From assembly GCA_013265495.1 (NCBI GenBank), contig MU058198.1:1314419-1378418 (forward strand): a stretch of DNA of 64,000 nucleotides, given 5' to 3'. Numbering within the stretch: the stretch's first letter is position 1; each line of letters opens with the position of its first letter. The translations under genes were made by a program, and so were the position numbers. This DNA comes from Vicugna vicugna (taxonomy: Eukaryota). This document shows positions 24,401-33,707 of the stretch, one piece after another. The notes under the pieces were generated by a model that had not been told where the DNA came from, ran no database searches, and saw nothing but the letters and a program-made list of their open reading frames with translations.

Positions 24401-27400
24401 TTTGTGAGCTCTTTGACCATGAGCAGTTTTTCACCTTTGCTTTCCCCTTGTCATCCAGCCCTCTTTTCCATTATCCAGTGAGGAAGAAGTTTGTGGAAGC
24501 TAGAAAATCTTGTGCCTGAAGGTCTTCCTTAGTGTTATATTTCATTATGGGCTTGGCATTTGTCCTGGGCCCAACCTGGATCAGCTACCATCACAGGAAA
24601 CTTAGGGGTAGCTGTGCAGTATGTTTGGTTTATGATACATCTTTTGAGCTGATCACCCTGAGTTTCCATTGAAATCTTAGTACATTTTTATTTGTTTGTT
24701 TCTATCCTACGTGAAAATATTGGGAACAGGAAAATCTACAGAGAACTTGAAAGCTGGTGTTTCAATGAACACCTCGGGCATTTCAGGGGTAAGCTACCTA
24801 TATTTGCTACAGGATTTCGTTTTACACATTAGCTTTCACGAGGAACAAGTGTTTCATCTCTGATTAAAATGATATCTACTTGGGATTTTTCTTCTTGGGA
24901 ATTAAGTCACCAATGAGAATGTTTTGCTTTAGGTTAAAACTGCCCTTAGTGAAGCTTCTGTCAGTGGAATGAAAGTGAAATCTGGAGACGTGAATGTTCA
25001 CAAGGGGAATGTTCAATTCAACGTCAAGAGGCAGCAGGTAACAAATATTACACCCACCCCCAGATTACTTAAATCAGAGAACTCAAACTCATTAATTCCT
25101 TTTCCACTTTTAACTGTGCTGTAATGCACATAATATCAAATGCCCCGTCTTCACCATTTTAAGTGCGTGATCTTCCTTTGTTAAGTAATTCACATTGTTA
25201 TGCATTATTACTACTTCCTTTTTAAAAAAAATTTTTTTTAATCATTACTTCTTGAGTATCTGTTCTCATATCTGTCTTATAGTCACAAGATGCCAATGCT
25301 GAATTTGAGGATTCGGAGCTGAGCACATCTCTCAAAAGACTCAACCTGGAAGGTATGTTGTTTGTTGGGAAGAAGTACCCGCATCATGAAATGAGTCTGC
25401 CTGGGGAAGGCAAGGAATGCTTCCTGCCTTCAGGGCTCCTCCCTCCTCTTTCCCCCCACCTCAACCAACCTCTTCGGTCCCTGTGCACAAAGAAATCTCC
25501 TCCTTCACAGACAAGAAGAAGAAGCTGAAAGACAGCTGTGAGGCACTGAGGGCTGAGAAAGTGATGAAGGAGGCGGAACTGAAAATGCTGAAGGAGAACA
25601 TAGACAACCTGGTTGGAGTCTACGAACAACGAAAAATGGCTGCCGAAGAGTAAGATATTCACGGGTTAATTGTTCCAGATACCGTTGTACGAAGTAATGT
25701 GTCAACCAATGTAGATGACCATAATTTACTTCAGAATAGATTCCAGAGTATATTTATGCCAGATTCGTCCAGTGCAGAATTGTGCCCGCTCTTCCCACCT
25801 TGATTTCTGTAGTCTCTGGATCCATTTAGATTGTCCTTTAGGTTTCAGTCCCATCACATTATCTCGCCCAGTCCCATGTCAAGTCATATTCTGTTCCACC
25901 TTCAACAGCTTACAACACAGCCGCTCCATGAGAGCCACTCCAAAGCATTTGCTGACGGATTGCCTGGGAGGCCAGACAGAAATGCATGTACCTTTCTCTC
26001 ATTAGTGCTTTTGTCCTTGTTGGTAGAACGTTTTAATTTTGCAGGTGATTCCTTAGAAAATCATTATCAGATGAAAACCCTTTGAATCAGAGCCATGAAC
26101 AAAATAGTCTGAGGGCAGCACTGCATATCAGTTATTTTTGAAGCCATGGCCCTTTGCTGCCTTCACTCTCAACAAACTCAGGCTTGTTCAAGTAGGTTGA
26201 CACCCTGAAGTCGACAGTTTTCCATCTGAAATCTGTTTCCTGGAGGTGATACCCTGACTGTGTGACAGTTCACATCATTTTATAATTCAGTAGATACTGC
26301 CAGCACTAAGATTTCCCTTTTTTTTTTTCCCTCTAGGATATTTGAATAAGAGGTAGGGATTCTACTTTTGAATGGTGGAAATGTCAGGTAGTTAATTGCA
26401 GGGTGCCAGTGAAGCCATATCCTGGAAGACTCTCTTTAGCTGACTGTGTCAGGACACAGCCTTGGATTGAGAGTCAGGGCTCCCGGTGGATTGTAAAATT
26501 AATTTTGATGCCTTGCTTTATCCTAATATGTTTAGCTGTGATGAGTTGGCCAGGCATCATTTTCCACATTGAAACAAAATGAGCCTTCACCACCTCAAAC
26601 ACAAGACTGATCGTGGGAGGTCACAAAATGCTTTTGTATTTGATGACTTTATGATGAAGAGATAGGAGTAGAGAACTCTAAGAGGCACTCAGACTACAGA
26701 GGAGTTGCTAGCAGGTCAAAGTTTGTTTTTTCTTTATTCCTAGATGGGGGGCTTCAATTCATTCCTCTGTGTTGTCAGTCTATGCGTGGATGGGGCAGGG
26801 TGAGGAGGGGCATTTGAATCTCAGCCTTCAGACTCCTGGGAGGTAAGGAAGGCATAATTTCCCACTGGCTACTGGACAATGTCTATATCTTTTTTGCATC
26901 TTAGGAAATTGAAAATCAAAAAACATAACCTGATGGAAAAGGAGAGTGAGCTGTCAGCTATGAAGGAAAATCTGAAATCAGTTTCAGAAGAAACGCTCAA
27001 GTACAAGTAAGTTCAGATACTAAACACCAGCAGCTCGTGAAACTGCTTTTGACTTGTTTTTAACTATTGTACAATGTTTAGAATGAATTAACGTAGTAAT
27101 ATAAACAAAAGTTTAGAAGACATATACATAGAGAATTAACAGAAGAAAAACAAAGTTTCTACAAAGAACAAACAAAGTAAGTCACTAAAAATTTCCTGAT
27201 CCCCAAGTGCTGGCCAGATTGTGTGCAAACCTAGTTCGTGCAAACGTCATGTAAACTGTCATAGCCTTTAGAAAAGAAGTTTGTTGTAGAAAGAATCACA
27301 TCCATTAATATAATAGTGTTACTTCATGGACCTAGTTTTTGCAACCCAGGGAAATACGGTAAGGATGTAAGTACAAAGCAGATAGAGCTTTAGGATAAAA

Positions 27401-30400
27401 GTCATTCATCGCACAGTGAATTAGAGAAAATGTTCAAATTTGTGTGTGGGAATGATATCTGCTCAGAACCCTGTGGGCATTAAGTAATAAATCTGGAAGC
27501 ATGTAGCCATAGCTTTGCTCCTATTGTCCCTTTATAACCAGGTGAGAAGTGTTTTATGTGTGTGAGTATATCATATTAGGGGGCATTTGTGAGGATAGCA
27601 GGAATTTGGGCAACTAGTAAAATCATACTCAAGGTAAAGCTTTATCTGATGAAAGCGATTGTAACTCACAGGCAACAACAGGACCAAATACAAGAACAGC
27701 TGCAGCGGGCGGAGAATCTCTACAGATTCCAGGTAACCGGCTTCCCGCCCACGTCACCGCATCAGTGAGCCCCTGTTGCGGCTGACATAAGGGCCCTGAG
27801 AATCCCTAATTCAGGGGGACTTATTGACGTGTTGGCTTTTTCAGATCTGTGTTTGTGAAAAGAAGGCTCAAGACAACTGGGTAAGCTTTTCTTTCTCCCT
27901 CTTTCTCTCTCTCTCTCTCTCGCTCACTCGCTCGCTCCTTCTTTCTGTTCACAGTCTGCCGCAGCTGAACTTGGGTGTTTTCCTTCCACAGATCAAGAGT
28001 CGGATTTTGGAGAGGGAGTTGGAGAAGCAGAGACGGGAAGCCGCCTACTGGAAATATAGGTATGGGGTTTTGAAGAGCACTTTTTAAGGGTGTTTTTAAG
28101 AGGTGTTTAGGCTAAGCCATTTGGTGTCTGGTAGAGGACTGTGTTGGAACCCTTCCTGAAGTCCATTCTTTTTCTATATTCAAGACTGGAAATGATGGAA
28201 AGAAAGAAGCAAGAAGAGAGATACTGGATGAATAGACTGATGCAGGGGAGACCTGAGCTGCAGAACCACCCACAGAGAGGTAAGGAACACATTGTGAAAC
28301 CACTTAATTTCTGCTGCAAAACCACACCACGTCGCTCTTGCTCCCACGGGCGATGATTGTGTTGCCTGGAAAGGGTCCCAAGTGCTTACGAAAGACAACA
28401 GGTTGTCTCAAGGGATGACAGGAAGATGTTTTCCTCAGGTTCCCCAGCCAGAATGACTCCCTGGGCCTGTACCCTGTGCTTGGTGGGGCTCATGCCCTGC
28501 CACTGACTGAAGACCCTCTCCATCCCCCGCAAGGGCCCCGACCTTGAATTCCTCTGACTGAAAGATCTGGGCCTAGAGGCTGAGTGGGTCCACGCTTTCT
28601 TCCCACCTTGAGAATAGGGGGAAGAATTTATTCTTTCTTATTAGAGAAAAAAGGCATTTATTATTGTTCTTTCTTCTATTTCCTTTATTCTATTTTTTTA
28701 ATTTTTTTTATTGTGGACTAGGCATTCCACCCATAATTTACATTTCTGTACAATTTCACTCCTCTTACATTATCAGTGTGGCATGACAACTTGACTATTA
28801 AACCCCATAGCTCTCCTTTTCTCAAAACTGGAATATTAGTCTAAGTCCATTTCCTTTCATAAATACTTATATAGTGACTGGTCACATGTGCAAGGCAGCT
28901 TATACAGAGAGTGACAGATTGAAAAATCGCTGTGTCCTGAAGAAAAGGACTTTTTTGCTGTTCATGCTGATGTTTCTTGATTTTCTTCCTATCCAAGGCT
29001 ATTCTCATTTTAGTTTTTAATCTGTGATGAAATTGTGGTTTCTCCTGATGTGTATTGGGAAACCACTGTTTGGTTGTTGATTTCCAGCTATTTGAGCACT
29101 GAGCTGGACACGATTGGTTGATGAGTTATGAAAATATATGACTCTAGGCCCTATGGTGTCTTCCGCAAGGTCTTGCCCTCATCCTTGGAGTCACCTGATG
29201 CCTGGGGGAAACCCTCTGCCTCTGGTAACGGACCTGAGAGCGGGAACAAAGTGTAAATGGTGGGAGAGGCTTGAAGTGTGATTTTCCTTCCACACAGTCT
29301 TTGCAAGTTGGAATAAACCTCCATCGCTTCTCCTTTATCAGGTTCAGGACCTGGTGCAGCTCCTGGGAGGAATGGCAGCTCCTTCCCTCCCGAGGAGGCA
29401 AAGGAGGCCCAGGTAAATGTTGTGGTCATTTTCAATTGTAACTATTTCTGGGGACTTTTTAATCTTTTTTTTTTTTTTACAGCACCCTTTCCTGGCCCTG
29501 TTTTTAAATTATGTTCTTTGTGATATGTTTACAATGTCANNNNNNNNNNNNNNNNNNNNNNNNNNNNNNNNNNNNNNNNNNNNNNNNNNNNNNNNNNNNN
29601 NNNNNNNNNNNNNNNNNNNNNNNNNNNNNNNNNNNNNNNNNNNNNNNNNNNNNNNNNNNNNNNNNNNNNNNNNNNNNNNNNNNNNNNNNNNNNNNNNNNN
29701 NNNNNNNNNNNNNNNNNNNTGTGTTTTTTTTTTTTACAGCACCCTTTCCTGGCCTTGTCTCTAGATTATGTGCTCTGTGATATGTCTACAATGTCATGGC
29801 TGTTCAGATTCAAACTCTTGCCCAAGAGTCAGTGGGCTTCTGCCTTCAGCCCGTTACCTTTGGTGGTGCCTACAAAAGCCGTCAGTGCTTAGAGGCTGAG
29901 GACCACAGACTCTCACAGTGTGTTTCTCGAAATAGCATTACACCTCACTCCACACTTGCTTCTAGCACAGCTGACTCCTTCCTGACCTCCTTCACTTGCA
30001 ACAGCTCCTGGGTCACTGAGACAGATTATCACCATCATTTTGCTCCTTTCCTGGTTCAGGTTTAGGTGATTCTCCTGTTTAGAATGTTTATTCTAATCCT
30101 TACAACTGGGAAATGAGAAAAGCCCTCCCCCCAGCTTTATGATGTGTGCTTTGTGCAACTTTGAATCTTCTTGGATATAGTACCTTTCATAACCCATCAC
30201 TGTCTTTTCTTGGTAGGTAAATGTGTCTTCCACACTCCCTCCAGCTGTACACTTGGTAGAAAAGCCTGAATCTCAGAGATGTTGTATTTGTAGCAGAAAA
30301 TATACCCTGGAAGCGAAATAGCCCGGAGGGAAAACGCCTAATTCCCTGCAGGGCCGATTCCCACCACAGTCTTTACACTGTGTTCCCGTAAGCAGGGTCG

Positions 30401-31352
30401 GTCCTGCCCTGAAGCTGTTACAGCCAGTCCTTTAACTCATCACACATCGGGGGATTTTACTCATGACATAAAACCACTTTTGTGTTAGTTGTGGAATTTA
30501 AACGTCCCACTTTGCTTTGCCATAGGACAAATTTAGTCTGTACCTCAGAGTGAACTTAAAATTCAGATTGACCTGTGAAAAAAGATGATTGGAGCTGAGC
30601 CTAATGACCTCCTGTAGGCAACATTGTTCCCTCAGGAGCACTTTTCCCAGCTTCCCTGCAGGACTCCAGGATCCCCATCTCCCCAGAGGTCTTTGCGCCC
30701 AGGGGCAGCCCCTCCAGGGAGGAGAAGAGCCCTTTGTCAGGAGGGAGGCAGAGGAGGGCCGGGCAGGGGCCTGCAGGCAGAGCGAGCACCCAGGCGCGGC
30801 TCTGATTCCACGTGTGAATCACGGGCCCTCGCGTCCTCTCTTTCTCTGTGTTCCTAGTCCACAAAGAGCAGGCTTCTGTGGACCTGGTGAAGGAGGGGGA
30901 GGGCTGTCCTGCACAGAGAGGCTGACTGCTGGGAAGGTGCTACTTTATCAGTTTGCTGGTATCTCTGTTCATCCTCTAGGGCAGGACCCTTGCTTTTCTC
31001 GGCTTACAGACACAGGCAGTGACAGTGTCTTTTCCTCGTGGCCTCCTGTGCAGCCCAGGCTGCAGGCAGGACCCAGAGGGATGGGTGGAGTGTGTGGCAC
31101 TGAGCTGCTCTCTGGGAGCCTGGTGGAGGGGAGGAGGGTGCCAGGTGCTGACAGATGCTGCATTGGGTTTCAGCTTTTGTTGATGTTGGCGCTTCTGTCT
31201 TTCATACCAACACACCTCTAACTCCTGTTCTGCAGGTCAATATGGATGCAAGAGGGCCCCCTCGTTTCCGAGGACCACCCGGCATGCCTGACTACATGGG
31301 CGGCCCTTCACCATTTGTGGGCTATGGGCCATCTCCACCTGGATCACACTGA
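18116..31352 (+). CDS. MIA3/TANGO1-like (TANGO1-short-type) intron-containing duplicate; diverged gene or unprocessed pseudogene
   Basis: Exons 18116-18481, 21917-21938, 23419-23507, 23760-23831, 23921-24031, 24933-25037, 25283-25352, 25511-25649, 26905-27006, 27672-27732, 27845-27880, 27992-28059, 28185-28279, 29342-29412 and 31236-31352 join without a stop (~507 codons). They match MIA3 in order and peptide: GPDVYGIPWK..LIFSWR ~ GPDFYGLPWK..AIFLWR; ESKKH..MLSDEA; EKKAQDNW ~ EKKAHENW; VNMDARGPPRF ~ [11 protein letters not shown]. No start codon identified. Confidence 0.8.
18119..18406 (+). repeat. Coding tandem repeat, 4 copies of a 72-bp unit
   Basis: IHVLSGFLHLEPDVYGILQKFTDS / IAVLPDFFHLGPDVYGILHKFTGI / TDILPDFFHLGPDVYGILHKFTAV / IDILPDFLHLGPDVYGIPWKFTGI. 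Confidence 0.92.
18500..20710 (-). mobile_element. Old LINE-1 (L1M) fragments in a MIA3-like intron
   Basis: Antisense ORF2-like remnants (ORF 18856-19188 '...TVLNVY...AIDESII...LELNSIITQLDL') and an L1M 5'-end-like segment near 20640-20710; bounds approximate. Confidence 0.7.
21917..21938 (+). CDS. MIA3-like 22-bp microexon (VKPPKNQ)
   Basis: cctag acceptor, G|gtaaga donor; corresponds to MIA3 VKDRVYQ. Confidence 0.75.
23419..23507 (+). CDS. MIA3-like exon (VNVQQIPEKTDNIKEKITEHSENMSISKQK)
   Basis: tttag/gtatta; corresponds to [30 protein letters not shown]. Confidence 0.8.
23760..23831 (+). CDS. MIA3-like exon (TAESKKHGHKTTRHNKMLSDEALK)
   Basis: cacag/gtaaaa; corresponds to [24 protein letters not shown]. 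Confidence 0.82.
23921..24031 (+). CDS. MIA3-like exon (GNIKTIEKADKHSNGVPESTPATPPSVRGQNVKNPKA)
   Basis: gaag/gtaaga; corresponds to DKIKTLEKNQEILDD...EQNVKNQDL. Confidence 0.8.
24717..24788 (+). pseudogene. MIA3-like 72-bp exon with mutated acceptor (AA instead of AG)
   Basis: ILGTGKSTENLKAGVSMNTSGISG ~ [24 protein letters not shown]; preceded by gtgaaa; donor gtaagc intact. Confidence 0.7.
24933..25037 (+). CDS. MIA3-like exon (VKTALSEASVSGMKVKSGDVNVHKGNVQFNVKRQQ)
   Basis: tttag/gtaaca; corresponds to [35 protein letters not shown]. Confidence 0.8.
25283..25352 (+). CDS. MIA3-like exon (SQDANAEFEDSELSTSLKRLNLE)
   Basis: atag/gtatgt; ends NLE-G like the MIA3 TQTAISVV...TKCNLE-D exon, but shorter. 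Confidence 0.7.
25511..25649 (+). CDS. MIA3-like coiled-coil exon (DKKKKLKDSCEALRAEK...YEQRKMAAEE)
   Basis: cacag/gtaaga; corresponds to DQVKKLEDDRNSLQAAK...YQQKEMALQK. Confidence 0.82.
26905..27006 (+). CDS. MIA3-like coiled-coil exon (KLKIKKHNLMEKESELSAMKENLKSVSEETLKYK)
   Basis: ttag/gtaagt; corresponds to [34 protein letters not shown]. Confidence 0.82.
27672..27732 (+). CDS. MIA3-like exon (QQQDQIQEQLQRAENLYRFQ)
   Basis: cacag/gtaacc; corresponds to [20 protein letters not shown]. Confidence 0.78.
27845..27880 (+). CDS. MIA3-like exon (ICVCEKKAQDNW)
   Basis: tcag/gtaagc; TANGO1/cTAGE signature EKKAHxNW. Confidence 0.85.
27992..28059 (+). CDS. MIA3-like exon (IKSRILERELEKQRREAAYWKYR)
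   Basis: cacag/gtatgg; corresponds to [23 protein letters not shown]. Confidence 0.82.
28185..28279 (+). CDS. MIA3-like exon (LEMMERKKQEERYWMNRLMQGRPELQNHPQR)
   Basis: caag/gtaagg; corresponds to LLELTQK...MPGKPNTQNPPRR. Confidence 0.8.
28439..28587 (+). pseudogene. Degenerate MIA3 proline-rich-domain exon
   Basis: Homologous frame SQNDSLGLYPVLGGAHALPLT (~[21 protein letters not shown]) is offset by 1 nt from the spliced frame. Stops at 28504-28506 (spliced frame) and 28545-28547 (homologous frame). 3' end approximate. Confidence 0.7.
29148..29224 (+). pseudogene. Degenerate MIA3 proline-rich-domain exon
   Basis: tag/gtaacg, 77 bp (not 3n); PHP and SPDAWGKPSAS (~PHPRWSAEASGKPSPS) lie in different frames. 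Confidence 0.65.
29342..29412 (+). CDS. MIA3-like exon (GSGPGAAPGRNGSSFPPEEAKEAQ)
   Basis: atcag/gtaaat; phase 1 to 0; corresponds to [27 protein letters not shown]. Confidence 0.68.
29540..29719. other. Assembly gap (180 N)
   Basis: Run of N flanked by near-duplicate ~70-bp sequences. Confidence 0.99.
31236..31352 (+). CDS. MIA3-like proline-rich exon with early stop (VNMDARGPPRFRGPPGMPDYMGGPSPFVGYGPSPPGSH*)
   Basis: tgcag acceptor; corresponds to [35 protein letters not shown]; TGA 31350-31352; donor gtaag at 31376. Confidence 0.8.
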   Translation, partial: VNMDARGPPRFRGPPGMPDYMGGPSPFVGYGPSPPGSH

Positions 31353-33539
31353 TGCCCTGTGACCTCACCTGCTGGGTAAGATGATCTAAGGAGTATGATG
31401 GGCTGGTTATTTCCCCACACTAAGCTGGGCATCAAGAGTTCCTTGCAGAGAAGGAAAGAAGCTTTAAAGATACAAGGTCAAAATACCAGTTGTGAAATGT
31501 GCATTTAACATAGACCACATGCTGAGTCTGTGTGGGAGGAGGCATACTCCTGTGTTCAAGGGTTTAAGGTGATTCAGCCGAGAGAGGAACCCATTACTGA
31601 TACTGAGCTTGTGATCACCGTAACAGAAGTGCCAATAATGGGCCCTAAGTACAAAAGAGGGACAAGTGAATCACATGGGAGTGAACAGGAAGTTGTGGAA
31701 GAGAAGGAAGAAATCGAGGAGGTGCCCAGTGGAGGTCTGTTGGATTCACTTAGATGGAGCTGGAAGGTCATTTCCGGCAGGGCGGGCAGTTGGGGCGGGA
31801 CGTGTGAAGGCAGCAGGAGGTCCACGCAGAGCCACGTGTGTGTGCAGGGGACTCAGTGCGGCCGTGCAGTTGTCCCCATCAGCACCCGCTGCTGCCAGAA
31901 AGCCCTCAGTTCACAATCTCATATAAAGTTGATTGTGTCCTTTGGATTTCTGAAAGTTCTAGATCTGGGTGAAAGAATGCCCTGGGGTTTTGGGGAGTTT
32001 CACTTGGTTCTTTCAGGATATTTTGTGTCCCTGAACTTTATTATGCCCCCGTGATTAGTAAGAGCAGCCAGGATCCAGATCGGCTGAGCAGCTGCCTTCA
32101 CCTTTAGCATGAGGCAGTTTCGCTGGGGGAAGTCAAGGGTGATCAGGGGACCCCAGGAGGACCCCCTCCCCAAATGTCAGCTCTGCATCTCCCATGTTTA
32201 AGCACAATTTCCCAACTCTTTGTTTTCGTTCCTACTCTTCAGTCCCTAATACCGAGACTCAGTGGGACCTCCATAGAGCTTCAGTTTCCTTATCTTTGAA
32301 AAGTGAATAATATTGGTTTCTGACATCATTGTGAGGAAGACAAGATTAAGTACATGAATTATTCTGTAAAATGGCGGAGACATACTGGGCACTCACCATT
32401 CTCATAATGTAAAGTAAAATGTTTGCACACAGAAAATCATCAAAAGATGTTCTTGAAAGTGCATTAAACTGAGCTAAGGATATAACAGCTCAGTCCCAGA
32501 GATAAGTAATCTCTGTTTCAAAAGATAAGGCAAAGACCCCCTTTCTTCTATTAAAATTCAAGTCCTACCAGTTGAAGAAGAAAAATATAATTATGAGAGC
32601 GTGTAAATTCAGAGATCAGTAACAGGGACCTGAAGATAGTCACCATTCATTCCATATAGACACAGAGATGCAGCCACGCACTAAAGGGCTCATCAGAGAC
32701 CCCAGATATAGAAGACAAAATGCGTATTGGAAAAAATAAGACCGTACTGAAAAACCCCAATCTTTTTACCTTACAGGCAATCAGCTTGAAGCTTGAAGAG
32801 GACCCTGAGCTGTGGCAATGATATATTCAGAGAAGATGCCAAATGTGCATTATGGCCCAAATGTTTCCCTGCTCAGTCCTGCTCCCCCCCAACTATTGTC
32901 TCTCCTATTGTCACCCCTAATAAACCTGTCACTGTTCTATCTCTGTCTAGCGTCTGCTTTTTGGAAAACCAGCTGATGCTCCATCTGGAGTGTACACAGT
33001 GAGATTCCTATAGACAAGGTTCAAAACCAGGCTGAAAAATGGTGCTGGAGGCCAGCCACAAGGACAGGCACTATGGTTAGTATTGACTGCAGACGAGCCT
33101 GAAGGAGTCTTATGTTGGTCGGGAGGAATATCCTATATCTGGATATATGTGATGTTTGTGCTAATTTATTTGAGAAACATTCTGCTGTCTGTCAGTCAAG
33201 GAATGCCTCATGATCAGACAGACAGGTATCTGTCCCCAGGAATTGGCTGATTTCTAACAGTAGGGAAGGATGAGGGGCCAGCCGTGGCAGCGGGGAACCA
33301 GTGAGAAGGTCCCACAGCAGATCATGCAAAACAGTGCCCTTGTCCCAGGAATCCAGCTCTCCCCAAATCCAGGAGGGCTTGCTCACCTGGGAACAGAGAT
33401 TTCTTGATAAGCCCTGTGAACTTCTTAACCCTCTGCAATTACCTTACGAGAGATGGGCAGGTCAGATGGTGGTGAGGGCCGCCTGAACAAGGCTGGGGGG
33501 AGCAGGAGGCTTGTGGCCTTGTGTTAGGGAGGGACAGGC

Positions 33540-33670
33540 AGAGAGGAGAGAGAGAAGCTGAAGAAGGAAAAAGGAAGAAGAAGGGGAGGAGGAAAGAGAA
33601 GAGGATGGAGGGGGAGGGGAAGGGGGAGAAGGAGAAAGAGAAAGAAGAAGAAAAAAGGGAAGGGAAGGGA
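33540..33670. repeat. Polypurine (GA-rich) low-complexity tract
   Basis: About 130 bp almost exclusively A/G. Confidence 0.9.
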
Positions 33671-33707
33671 CCTTTCCCCACTGACTTCACCAGTGATTCC
33701 AGATGCA

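Noticed and set aside
29417..29780. ORFs spanning the poly-X stretch
   Set aside because: Artefact of translating the N gap.
30589..31221. 210-aa ORF and a possible extra exon after cctgcag near 30661
   Set aside because: No recognisable MIA3 or other homology and no convincing donor; lies in the MIA3-like intron.
18116..31352. Calling the locus the true MIA3 gene or a CTAGE retrocopy
   Set aside because: Too diverged, lacks SH3/lumenal exons and sits in the wrong syntenic context for MIA3. It has introns, so it is not a retrocopy, and the peptides match MIA3 better than cTAGE5.
31530..32054. 174-aa ORF as the terminal exon of the MIA3-like gene
   Set aside because: Does not resemble the proline-rich MIA3 last exon; upstream frame already stops at 31352; looks like L2-type repeat and unique DNA.
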